From Balanoglossus misakiensis (lineage: Eukaryota; Animalia; Hemichordata): a stretch of DNA of 64,000 nt. This document shows, piece by piece, positions 26,414 to 39,300 of the stretch (the stretch's first letter is position 1; every line of letters begins with the position of its first letter). Where the stretch lies: NCBI GenBank assembly GCA_040954595.2, contig CM082586.2:1245124-1309123 (forward strand), in the 5' to 3' direction. The notes beneath the pieces were generated by a model that saw only the letters and a list, made by a program, of their open reading frames with translations, made no database searches and was not told where the DNA came from. The position numbers and the translations under genes are program-made.

Positions 26414-28030
26414 CTGTAAACGATCAAGACAAAACAGTTCTGTTACATGTCAGTGACATAGAGGCTGATGACAGGAGCACGTATCTGATCTCTTTCAAAG
26501 TAGAGAAAGTGATTTATAAGTTAAGCTTTTTAAATTCTTGGGCAAGATAAATCTGCACCAAAATGTTACAGTGGATTACTGGTCTATATCAGATATACTT
26601 TTTGAAAGCAACTTCATTATGTCACTTTGGCTCAACTGAATATTAATTCTAAACCCATCCAATGCAGATGAGTATGTACCTAGACATATACTGGTATGTG
26701 ACTTGGTTATATACTTTGTGAATATTCCTAGCTAACACTTATATTTTTTGCATTAATTGCCATTATTCAAACTTGTACATTGAAGTGTCTATAAAATGTT
26801 CAGGTTCAACAAGTAAAACTAAGGGTAGGTCAGCTAGTTATGGAACCCTCTCAACCCTTCCCAAAAATACACAAGTCATCCTAATCTCTTAAAAGTAACC
26901 TTATTCATTGGCTGCTATGGAATTGAAATACTTCTGAAAGAGAAATCAATAAGTCAAAAATAGCTTATCTCGTGTTTTCTGGCACATTTTTATACACCCC
27001 AGAATATATCCAACGTTTGATACACATCAACAGAAAAACTAACGTCAAATTTTATTGACATGCAAAAAGGTGTTTTCCTTATACATTAGGCGACTTAACA
27101 ACAATCTTAGGATCAATTTTTGCCCAGTTTAAAAATATCTTTTTAATGGATTTTTCCAAGTGTTTTGATCACTCGTATGCAGACATTCGTATTGAACAGC
27201 CGTAAGCCGATTGGCATCGCTCTAAAAAAAGCACATGCTGTCGTGGACAGAAATATGGTGTATACGTGTATGTCACTCACGCGTGTTTACGTTTTTAATT
27301 TAGACTGCCCTGGCTGATGACGTGCATAGGTGTTTTCCCATCTCGTATCAATTCCGGCACACATGCCCAAATGACGTCAGACAATTGTGCACACAAACAA
27401 TGCGTGAATAGGTGATTGCTATTAATATACCAACTGTTTACCCAACAATTTGCCTTTTGCTGCATAATGAATATGCTGCAGGCTATTGGAGTGGGAAATC
27501 TTTTTAGCAGATATCTCAAAATATTTGCCCAACTCTTAAGATCAGTCTGTCTGTTCTGGTTTACTTCTGCAATATGTTTTGGACGAGTACATTAAAAGTG
27601 ACACTCCCTATTTGTAAAATATTCTGCACCAACTGTTTAGGTTCCTATGCACAATATGTGAAGTGCAAAACACTGTAGTCTTGCTGTGCGCTAGATCAAC
27701 ATAGAGTTATGACCAGTTAGTTAGTTGATGTTTTCCACTGCAAACCATGCAACAGGGTTAGTTTTCACAGCAAAAGCACCCATTAAATCATCAACATACT
27801 CATACTTGCAGTATTATACAGTACTTGAAAAGATGTTGACAATAGGCAAGCACTTTTTAGCATAATCTTAATTGGTATATCTTTGATATCTCCCATAGTG
27901 CATGCATACGTGCATACATGCACGTTACATGCTGATGTACCGTGCACTAGGGTATAGACATATGCTACCTGTCACTGTGGCAACTTTAAAAGAAATGTTC
28001 CCTGGCATCATTATGATGTATTAGGTGTTG

Positions 28031-28974
28031 GAAGTTTGTTACTTATTCCTTATTCCTTATTCCTTATTCGAATGTGAAGTTTGTTACTTATTCCTTATTC
28101 CTTATTCCTTATTCGAATGTGAAGTTTGTTACTTATTCCTTATTCCTTATTCAAAGCTGAAGTCTGTGACTTATTCCTTATTCGGATTCTGAAGTCTGTG
28201 ACTTATTCCTTATTCAAAGCTCAAGTCTGTGACTTATTCCTTATTCGAAATCTGAAGTCTGTGACTTTTTCCTTATTCGGATTCTGAAGTCTGTGACTTT
28301 TTCCTTATTCGGATTCTGAAGTCTGTGACTTATTCCTTATTCGGATTCTGAAGTCTGTGACTTATTCCTTATTCGGATTCTGAAGTCTGTGACTTATTCC
28401 TTATTCAAAGCTCAAGTCTGTGACTTATTCCTTATCCGAAATCTGAAGTCTGTGACTTTTTCCTTATTCGGATTCTGAAGTCTGTGACTTTTTCCTTATT
28501 CGGATTCTGAAGTCTGTGACTTTTTCCTTATTCGGATTCTGAAGTCTGTGACTTATTCCTTATTCGGATTCTGAAGTCTGTGACTTTTTCCTTATTCGGA
28601 TTCTGAAGTCTGTGACTTATTCCTTATTCGGATTCTGAAGTCTGTGACTTTTTCCTTATTCAAAGCTTATTCCTTATTCGGATTCTGAAGTCTGTGACTT
28701 ATTCCTTATTCAAAGCTCAAGTCTGTGACTTATTCCTTATTCGAAATCTGAAGTCTGTGACTTATTCCTTATTCGGATTCTGAAGTCTGTGACTTTTTCC
28801 TTATTCGGATTCTGAAGTCTGTGACTTATTCCTTATTCGGATTCTGAAGTCTGTGACTTATTCCTTATTCGGATTCTGAAGTCTGTGACTTTTTCCTTAT
28901 TCGGATTCTGAAGTCTGTGACTTATTCCTTATTCAAAGCTCAAGTCTGTGACTTATTCCTTATTCGAAATCTGA
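28031..28974 (+). repeat. Left Foldback arm: three 45-bp outer units, then 32/31-bp tandem units (TTATTCCTTATTCGGATTCTGAAGTCTGTGAC)
   Basis: Periods read directly: GAAGTTTGTT at 28031/28076/28121; GTCTGTGAC at 28321/28353. Confidence 0.95.
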
Positions 28975-29751
28975 CGAAAATCTGAAAAAAATTTTGCCCA
29001 AATTTTGGGTGACCTCAGATGACTTTTGACCTACTTTCCTATATCTCGGCACCCAGAGCAGGTACAGACTTGGCGTTTGGAGGGTTGGGACTCAAATTGA
29101 AAATCCAAAATTGGGGGTTACCTGTGACACCTGCTTATCTCATTAATTATGTGCATAACTAATTCCAGGCTAACCAATAGGGCTAGAGGTTTGATTTTTG
29201 TTGAACATGGACCAGTATGGGGTTAAAAAATTTTCCCAAATTTTGGGTGACCTTGGATGACCTTTGATCTACTTTCCCATATCTCAGCATCCACAGCAGT
29301 TAGAGTCCTGGCTTTTGGGGGGCCGATGGAGCACATAATGGAGTCTTACACAAGAGGGGTCTGGTTTTTGTTGGATCTAGACTAGTATGGGGTCCAATTG
29401 TTTTGCCCAATTTTGGGGTGAACTACGGTGACCTTTGATAGTACTTTCCTCACAGAACGATGCTAACATACATGAACTTATAAAAATTCGATTGGTTTTT
29501 CGTTCCCCCCCCCCACCCCCCCCGGCCGTAAAAACTGAACGGTCCCTTAAGTCATAAAAGGAACACGTCATCTTAATATTTCTTAAACATGAACTTAGCG
29601 CAACTTAGCGCGTGATATTTCTATCTCGTTCTGACATGTATCAATTACACAAGCTTGTTTACTCTGGGTCAAGTACCTATGTCAATACAAGTGAATGACT
29701 TCTTACGTAATCATAGAAAGGATCTATGAGCGTTCAAACTCAGTCGTGACA

Positions 29752-30840
29752 ACAGACTTCAGATTTCGAATAAAGAATAAGTCACAGGCTTCAGAATCCG
29801 AATAAGGAATAAGCTTTGAATAAGGAAAAAGTCACAGACTTCAGATTTCGAATAAGGAATAAGCTTTGAATAAGGAAAAAGTCACAGACTTCAGAATCCG
29901 AATAAGGAACAAGTCACAGACTTCAGATTTCGAATAAGGAATAAGCTTTGAATAAGGAAAAAGTCACAGACTTCAGAATCCGAATAAGGAATAAGTCACA
30001 GACTTCAGATTTCGAATAAGGAAAAAGTCACAGACTTCAGATTTTGAATAAGGAATAAGCTTTGAATAAGGAAAAAGTCACAGACTTCAGAATCCGAATA
30101 AGGAATAAGTCACAGACTTCAGATTTCGAATAAGGAAAAAGTCACAGACTTCAGATTTTGAATAAGGAATAAGCTTTGAATAAGGAAAAAGTCACAGACT
30201 TCAGAATCCGAATAAGGAATAAGTCACAGACTTCAGAATCCGAATAAGGAAAAAGTCACAGACTTCAGATTTCGAATAAGGAAAAAGTCACAGACTTCAG
30301 AATCCGAATAAGGAATAAGTCACAGACTTCAGATTTCGAATAAGGAATAAGTCACAGACTTCAGATTTCGAATAAGGAATAAGTCACAGACTTCAGAATC
30401 CGAATAACGAATAAGTCACAGACTTCAGATTTCGAATAAGGAAAAAAGTCACAGACTTCAGATTTCGAATAAGGAATAAGTTTTGAATAAGGAAAAAGTC
30501 ACAGACTTCAGAATCCGAATAAGGAATAAGTCACAGACTTCAGATTTCGAATAAGGAAAAAGTCACAGGCTTCAGATTTCGAATAAGGAATAAGCTTTGA
30601 ATAAGGAAAAAGTCACAGACTTCAGAATCCGAATAAGGAATAAGTCACACACTTCAGATTGCGAATAAGGAAAAAGTCAGATTTCGAATAAGGAATAAGT
30701 CACAGACTTCATAATCCGAATAAGGAATAAGGAATAAGTAACAAACTTCACATTCGAATAAGGAATAAGGAATAAGGAATAAGTAACAAACTTCACATTC
30801 GAATAAGGAATAAGGAATAAGGAATAAGTAACAAACTTCA
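29752..30840 (-). repeat. Right Foldback arm: reverse complement of the same 32-bp and 45-bp units, plus 18-bp short units
   Basis: GTCACAGACTTCAGAATCCGAATAAGGAATAA tandem copies; ACAAACTTCA at 30741/30786/30831. Confidence 0.95.
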
Positions 30841-31571
30841 CGGACCCTGATGTATTGGTATATTAGAGAAAAACTATGGCGTGAGGAGAAATTTGAAGGA
30901 AGGACCAGCCAGATAGATCACAATAGATGGCTGGACATACTGGTACATGTATCAGAAAACACATTATGTGCACGCATGCACGCATACACACACACATGCG
31001 CACACAGCTCAAATATACATTGTAGGCACCCAGCTGAATTTTAATCTCCTGGATAGCCCAGCATCCAACATGGGTCGGATCAACTCATTAAAATTCATTC
31101 CATAATAACCTGAAACCAGCTGTGACTTGAATCTTTGTCCGTAAAAAGGGCAAGGACTGACAAACAGGTACATGCACACAGAAAATCACAGTTTTATTTC
31201 CAGGACAATCACATCACTGAAAGGGAAGATGTTTTATCCCAACATTACAGCAATATCCAAACAACACAAAAAACATCATCATTTTATCAAACCGAAAAAA
31301 AAAACTGTGATATGTTAGGGTTTACTCTATAATTACTTGTTAACAAAACTTGAGGGTCAAACGAGGTTATTCTGAGATAAAAACTTCGGTATGTGAGATT
31401 TGTTGCATCCTGGGTGGGAAGGGAGTGTACGGGGGGTGCCCGTTTCAAACTGAAAGAAAAACAATCAACTTGCACACAACCATGGTACTGATGGTCTTTG
31501 CTGTCTCTACAAACTACAGTCCACAACAACAAGTCACATGCCAACCTGGAGAGAGAAATTTTCATAAATAC

Positions 31572-31598
31572 CTGAGGTTGGCCACTTTGCTTGTCAGA
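31572..31598 (-). CDS. Candidate 27-nt RIM microexon (SDKQSGQPQ) between exons 2 and 3
   Basis: TTTTGCTGCAG acceptor, CAG|GTATTT donor, 9 stop-free codons, phase 0/0 matching the host intron. Confidence 0.55.
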
Positions 31599-33154
31599 CT
31601 GCAGCAAAACGTAAGATGATGACAGAGTGTGACATCGGTTAGTATAGTGTGCAAGTATGTGTACACTGTATTTTCTTAATCTTAACAGTACTTTTATTGT
31701 TTGCTGTGCTTTCGCTGGCATACATAAACTTCATTTACAAATCTGCAATTTGCAAATATTGAACACATTCTTTTGGCTGAAACCCATTTCAGCATTCTCA
31801 TATTTCAAATGAATTTATATTTCAAATGAATTTTTTGTACTTGTTCCAACTGGCACCCAAACTCACTGAAAAGGACATTTCTCTATCTTATCATTGGATG
31901 AATAACTTTTGCATTTTTAATAACCATCCTTGGCTGGACATGTTCATGCTAATAAAATATTTCTTGCTATTATTTATTACTTTCAGCCTGATTGGCTTGT
32001 TATATTACACAATATCATTGATTGGACTGGTTGTAAGGGGAAAGTATTGCTGATAAATATAACTATACAAGGACCAAGGACCATACATCTATCATTTATG
32101 TGATAGACATCCCAGGGTTCACTGCATAAACGGAAGAAAATAATTTCATATGAACTACAATTAATATAAATGGGGAAATTTTCAAGGCATAAATAATAAG
32201 TTATCTTTGACTGCATGCTTATAATGGATCATCCATTTCCCTGGCGACCTATATTACACTGTGCGAAAACACTTGTAATTATCACTGAGCAGAATGTATA
32301 TAAATAAAACTCTGAGGCTCTTACAGCTGATCTTGCAGACCTACATGTAGGTGGGGGTTTAGAAATCCGCAGGGAGGAAGGTCATCTGTTGGCACAGCTG
32401 TTTGCTGTGGCTACAGCTCTGCGTTATATCAGGGTCTCATATTTTATTAATTGAATTTATCGAGAAATTTATCAGAGACAAGTGAATGGCTTGCTGAACG
32501 GCTAAACAATGGCGGAGTGGCTGTGGTCTCTTTGTACAGGGAGGCCCCCTGCAGGGCGATCTTGGAACAAAGTTGTCGGCTAAGCCATCTCTCCCCTAGA
32601 TGATGCACTCTAATTTCTCAACAGAAGATCTCAGATGGACATTTTTATTGCCGCTAAACATGGCTACACAGCTTCCCACATGGATGGATGATTTTGCGAC
32701 TGTTGTTTTCAAAATCGTTTGCGGATTAAATTCAGATCAGTGATGAGCTCCGCACAACATTAGTGGGACTGGAAGTTTTCCCAACAAAGCATCAAATAAA
32801 TACCCATATATGCCCGTATACACTTTTTGTCTCACGACTTCTCGAGGCGAATGTTACAAGTATATGTTTACACACAAGTTATTTTGTACTCCTGATATTG
32901 GCGCACACATACTATAGACAGGTGCATGTGTACTCTCATTAGTGTCGCTTGTGTTTCACCTTGGTTGTGACCCGTGTATTTGCACATACATGGCACCTGT
33001 AGTCTTAGATTTTACCCTGAGGCCACTTGCAAGTCAGTCCCTGCTGCAAGAGGTCAACCGTGCTTTCTTCAATCTTTCATTTTTAATACCTCATCTTAAT
33101 ATGATTTGCATGCATTAAAAGACGCCTTGCCAAGTGATCATGCAAAAGACTGAC

Positions 33155-33374
33155 CTTATTTGAACGAAGTGTTACTTTGCCACCGCATCTTGCACACGAT
33201 TTCAATTGACAGTAGTTGCATGAGTGTCCCACCCCATCCGCAAACTTGGTCTTGTGACATATTTGGCAAACGGCACCATTGGCATGACCTGCAGAGTTGC
33301 TGCCTCGATTCTTGGTTTCATCGTCTAGTTGTTTCACAGACTTTTGATAGTTATCCAGGTCATCTTTCAGTTGT
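33155..33374 (-). CDS. RIMS1/2: RIM exon 2: first part of zinc finger (CQICHKTKFADGVGHSCNYCQLKSCARCGGKVTLRSNK)
   Basis: Acceptor TTTTCCATAG, donor AAG|GTCAGT. 220 nt, phase 2 in and 0 out. RIM zinc-finger motif CHKTKFADG.GH.C.YC. Confidence 0.96.
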
Positions 33375-36300
33375 CTATGGAAAAGAGAGCAGATGTGATA
33401 AAAAAAAATTATAAAAATATCAATTATATGCAAAATATATGCAAATATATCGAAATTGTACCGGTACATACTGAGCATTATATGCAAAAATGCACACTAA
33501 TTATTTGTTTGCCAAATGGAACAATTCTTTTCCACTGTGCTCTATAATTTATGAATGTCAATTTTAAATAATTGATAAACATGAATTCTAAAATTAATAC
33601 AAAAAGGACTTGGTTTCTACCAGTAGATCTGACTAGGGACATTTGCCTGGTTAAAAGTGTATTATACAGAAACTATTGAAAATGATTTTATTGCAGAAAC
33701 TGAACTGAATGCAACCTTTTCATAATTCTGCATTTTGCTTTTATCAAAAACAAAATCTTCAGTTTGTCATCTGTGTGTGGCATACTAATCAATCCGCAAA
33801 ATCAGAATTCTACCCGGAAAACATGCCCATTTGAACATCTATTTTTAATCCACTGCGGCTAAAAATGGCTGCACTAAAATGCAGGGAAGTGCCTGCAGTG
33901 TTTCATTTTGATGTGAATATATTCAGTGAACAACCGTGTGGTTTCTAAACCGATGGTTATACCGGTAGAGTAGAAATGCCTCACTGTTGGCACACAGGTG
34001 ATTCTGATATTTATCATAAGCACACACATCCTTTGAAGGGCACAGCGACCTTCAAAACAGTCGGTTGCTATTGCAACCGTCTCATTAACTTTCAATGATG
34101 CTGTGGAGAATCATCCCAGTATACGAGGTACCATACAGATGTTTCTGTATTTGTTTTGCCTTCATAGAGTATAACAGAAGCAATATCAATATACTCAACA
34201 CACAAAAGAGGAGAACAAAACACAATGTTGATGATTGAAACAATTTCTATATGACTTTGTTATCGGTTTATTTTTTAAATCAAGCCACAGATTGTCTTGG
34301 CCTGCCGGTTCTGCCAGGCGGTAAGTTTCAGACAAGTTCCATCTGCCGCACACAGTAAACTGTATTACACATTCTCATTTTTTTCTCAACATTGTGTGCA
34401 TGTGTTTAGGATATTAACTCGGAATGCAATTTTAGAGTCAATGCATGCACTGTAGAAAATATGCAGAACAAATCCTACAGTATAAAAAACATGTTCAGGG
34501 CTACATATATAATGGACAATTTAACAAACTTAAGATTCAACCATACATAGTTATTTTGAATAGTGAGAACATGAAAAAACACCATCTCAATTTGCATGTA
34601 CATGTTATGTTAAAGGCAAGATGCTGCATGCTTGTACTTTGAATGATATCGTTTTGACAAGATCCTGACATGGAAATTGCGAAGGACCCTTGGAATAGAA
34701 ATGCACGTCCACAGAATTTCCGTTAACACTAAAATCACCACATCAGTTTTATTATCATCTGTGAGCATGAACACTGGCAAGATTATGCATCAAAATTTTG
34801 TACAAAGAATGAAATTCTTAATTTATGCCCATTTTGGCTATATTTCCCACATAATTTTCAAATTGAAATCACCAGAAAACACTACTTGTGCTATTTCTGC
34901 TGTTTTCTGTATGTATAATGAAAGCTTCCATTCACTCGTACACTCCCTGCATACATAAATAGTCTGTGAGATCTAAAAGCCTAAGTGAACACTGTCCTAT
35001 TTGATGGGTTGGACGAAATTAATGCTCACTCACATTAGCACTGGTAATTATAATTCTTGCATCATTTCCTGTCAATGTGTAACAAGGTCAGAAGTCACCC
35101 TTTTCAGAAACATGCACGAATCATGAATGTCACGTCCTAATTTCAGAACACAAAGAGTGATTGCCAGTCAAAAAATAAAGATTGATGTGCTTGTTTCTCC
35201 ACAGCATAGCATGACTTTCATTGGTAAGAAACTTTACAATGTAAAAAACTTCAATACAGTAAGTTTTACTGTTTTCATAATTCATAACAATAATCTGATC
35301 TAGCTATCATGCTGTTGTTAAGTATCGTCATAATCAATGAGTTTCAAGCATCCAACAACCAGCAATATGGTACAGATAAATGCCATCTGCACAGAAAAGG
35401 ATAATAAGCTACTTGCGTCAATACCAGGTAAAGTTTGTAAGTGCAGTGACAACAGGTCGCACGGACCTGCGAGTGACGTCAGTAGGGGTACAACATGTGG
35501 TAGTGATGACTTCAATAGTTTGATGGTGCGGCCTAGCTGACAACACATATGACGCATGATGGAAGAACCCCAACAAAAACAGACAGAAGACGACTGTTTG
35601 TGCCATAAATAAGGGTGTGTCAGGTACCAGTGCATGTGACAATCGTATGATTTATTATAATTTATAAATGGAGGAAACAAAGTTGGCATCCTCATGGTAT
35701 TAACACTGATGTACAGCACAATCAATGTCCATTATGCAAAAGTTTTGATATGTACACAGAACAGAAACACCAAAAGGACTGTAAGTGTAAAAAGTTACAC
35801 CAATAGTCCTGATTTCCGACATACAGCTATGGAACCTGGGAACGAACACCTACACCAACTTCATCTACCTTTGGATACTGTCTTAATAAATTAAATTCCA
35901 CAAAAGTTGACAAATTATTTTCTCTTACAGGCAGACTCTGTTATCAAATACTTTATCATACCATTGGGACTCATAGCCAGCATTCACCAGGCACCAGCTG
36001 TCTATGGTCACCAGTATAAATTATTGTTATTTACCATTATCTAGGCAAGCAGTCAAATGTACATTTGTGTTCATCATCTGATTTAATAAATCAACAAAAG
36101 TACAGAAGAGAAAGATGCAAACTGTTACACCTTGAGTTTCCTCATCCTGAAGAATTGTTGAATGCAAATTCTAGTTTGTAGGCATATTTATCAATTATCC
36201 TTGTTTCCAGGGAAAAAGTACCAGTAAAATACACTGTGTACAGATGCATTACGTAACAGAAAATAATACTTTGCCATGAGGATGACAAAAAGTATCTTTC

Positions 36301-39300
36301 GATGTTTTTTTCGAGGTCAAAAATACATTCACTGTCAGTTCGTTTTACAACTGATCCCGCCTGCAAATTCCACCAAGGAATGTTATGTCGAGAGATTGAC
36401 AGGATCCTGATCTGAATATACAATTGCCACCACAGACTTTGGCATTATATTCAAATGCACAATTGCAAGGGCAGCAACGTATGTCCTTGCCAGGCCAACA
36501 TCAGACACATCAATCGAAACATAGCAGACATGTAACCAAACATTACGTGCTGTCAGTGAAGCCAAGCTAAAATTTAAAAAATTCAACCCACCTCTAGTTC
36601 TGAGAATTGAAACGCTTCCTTTCTTCTGCCTTAAACAGTATACTGAGGTATTTTCCAGGAAGGAAGAATCATTCCGTTTCCTGCTTGACGTTATTAGTCC
36701 CACTCAAGTTATTAAACCACACGCCAAATGACGCATGATGTAATGGCCAGTCTGATCAACCAAAGTGATTTTAAACATTAAATTACAAATTTCTTGCCAT
36801 ATGTTGTTTATTCAAATTACCCGGCTAAAAATATACAGCATGCTCTAGCTTACACAAGTCTACTTTGCAAGACCAGTTTTGTTAATCAATTAATTCTGGC
36901 ACAGATATGCAAATGAAACCTGGCCTGGAATACTTAATAAGTGGGAGCTCTATGCAAATTTGCAACTGCTGCCTATACCAGTAGGATACTGATTATTGAT
37001 ACTAAAACAGAACATGACAACTATGTACTTTATCAAAAGGATGGTCTAGCCAGCCATCAGTGAGTTTCCTGTATGTCTGTACATCCTTACATCTGTATAT
37101 GACCCTTCCGGGCAGGATGACCACCAGCTCCATCTACAGTTCTTTCCTGTACGCATGCATACTTGAATAACGAGTGTCTTTTACCAGTTAAGACGTATTA
37201 CCTTTTGGTTATAAGTTGCTTGTCTGTGATATGTGATAACTTGAGTTGCAACTAAAATCTATCTGAAAATACCTCCATTATATTAACAAGTGGCATTCAA
37301 ACTTTTTCATAAATCAAATTTTGGAATCCAGTTTTTATATTTAACAGTTTCCGAAAACAAAATAACACTATGTGTGAATTTAATAGGTCTCTTGAATGAC
37401 TGCTGTGAATGCTGATGACAAATGTCTGCATGGGAGAGTCTCAATAAAAAGCTGACTAAAAGTACATTGGTAAGGGTTAACGTTCGCTGCTATCATTGTC
37501 TATCATACCATCATAAACTGCAACAGCTGTGTTCATCTGTTATAATCAATATTCCATAATGATCCTTTCATAAATACATATTTGCTATTTACCAACACAT
37601 GCAAAGTGTGCATGCAGTGGTGGACCAGAATACTGTCATCTTTTCACAAAGCTTTCCAATATGCTTTTTCACTTGTCGTCTAACCACTCACTATGAGCTT
37701 CACATACACGCTCAAGAACTTCAACAGAGAACCAATGAGAAAATTTCTAAATTACTGGGCACATCATTCGTATGATCTAGTTCAACAATTCTACTTTGAA
37801 CTTTTCTAATATCCCACTGCTCTATTAACCCATTTTTTCCCTTTCAAGTGGCTCATTGATTGCGTCAGTATGGAAACATGGATAAGGCATGGCGGAAATG
37901 GCACAATTGAATATATAGACCTGCACGCCCTCTTTCAAAGTAACTAATAAAAGTGTGATACACAATGATATGGGGTGTGAAATCAAGGCAAAGCAAAGCC
38001 ATGAATATCTTAAATGAGCAACACTATTGCTTAATTGGCCATATATTGTAAAGCATCCCATCTAAACTGGCCGCCTCAAAAGCCGCATCGGTAGTTCTGT
38101 TCATGCATTCCGGTCACATTTTCCTGGCATGAATCCCAATCAATAATACACCCCGAGCACATATAATTCTCTTACAAAATAACACCTCTGATAGATAAAG
38201 TGGCATCATGTTAGTGATACCATCAGTGTTCACCCAGGTTCGGGTGAATTTCAATGGTAGCGAGAGGGCATACAGTACATGTCGTCATTGAATGAATGTC
38301 TTCACAGAGTCCTGACCTATCCTCAGAATTCAATAGTTGAAAATTACATTTTCATATGAAAATAATGATGTGTGACCTCAAAGACATGACATGGTTAGAA
38401 AACATATCTTCTGATTCTGATGGATTGTGATAAAGACAAGCTTGTGAGATAGCAGACTGTTACAAGAAAAATGTCGATTTTTTAATATTATTCAAATCAA
38501 GCACACTCAATTATAAACCCTGAAAACAATTGCGTACTTGAAGAAGATTCTGCACCATCCATTCTTGTATGGGAATTCGCCCCCAAAACATGCCAGTGGC
38601 AATGCCTTACCAAATTACTGCTAAACAATTGAGCAAATTCAACGGATTAGTTGCAATGACCCACATTTATTCTCCAACCGCGCATGCATCAAATAAAAAA
38701 AATCGACATTCTGCCGCATTGCGTGCTCTCCCCGACCTTCTCCGAGATGTTGAGACAAATTTTCAGAGGGCAGATTAGTTCATTCTGCAGCGAACAAGGG
38801 GCAGCAGCTAATACACTGATCAATTGGATGATTGGAACGCAGCAACACAATATAATCTGCATCAAAAGAATGCCCCGTCTGAGAAAAAAACCTCTGTTGA
38901 CGTCAGCGTCTGTTCAAACAGTTGCCATGACATTACTGAAAGAGAACGTTGCACTATTTATATCTATAGCTCCTAGCTCATTATGTGCGGTGTGTACACT
39001 CATTAACATACCATTTAAATGCTGACAAAGGAAAAATGACACGAGTTTGATGTCCCCAGCTCAGCTGAATTTCACAAGGCATATCTATAGTTTACACACG
39101 GATTATGAAAGTAAACAGTTTTTTTGTCATGGAGACAGATTTCATTTTTCATTGTCCTCAGCAGGTTGGATTGTTGAAGCCTTTATTAGTCCAACAAAGC
39201 TCTTAAATGTCACATAGCTTAAATGCAGGTCACGTAAAATATTTCTTATTCTTTAATTTGTCATCAAAGAGAGAACATTTTGTATGCAATCATCATACCA

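Larger units (their letters stand above)
28023..30847. mobile_element. Non-autonomous Foldback-type DNA transposon (probably Mutator superfamily), 2825 bp
   Basis: 9-bp direct repeat TGATGTATT at 28014-28022 and 30848-30856. Long inverted arms of tandem subrepeats. No ORF in the roughly 780-bp centre. Confidence 0.88.

Noticed and set aside
28031-30840. About 32-bp periodic arrays as CRISPR arrays
   Set aside because: Units are head-to-tail with no unique spacers. The two arrays are inverted and bounded by a TSD, there are no cas genes, and the context is a eukaryotic intron.
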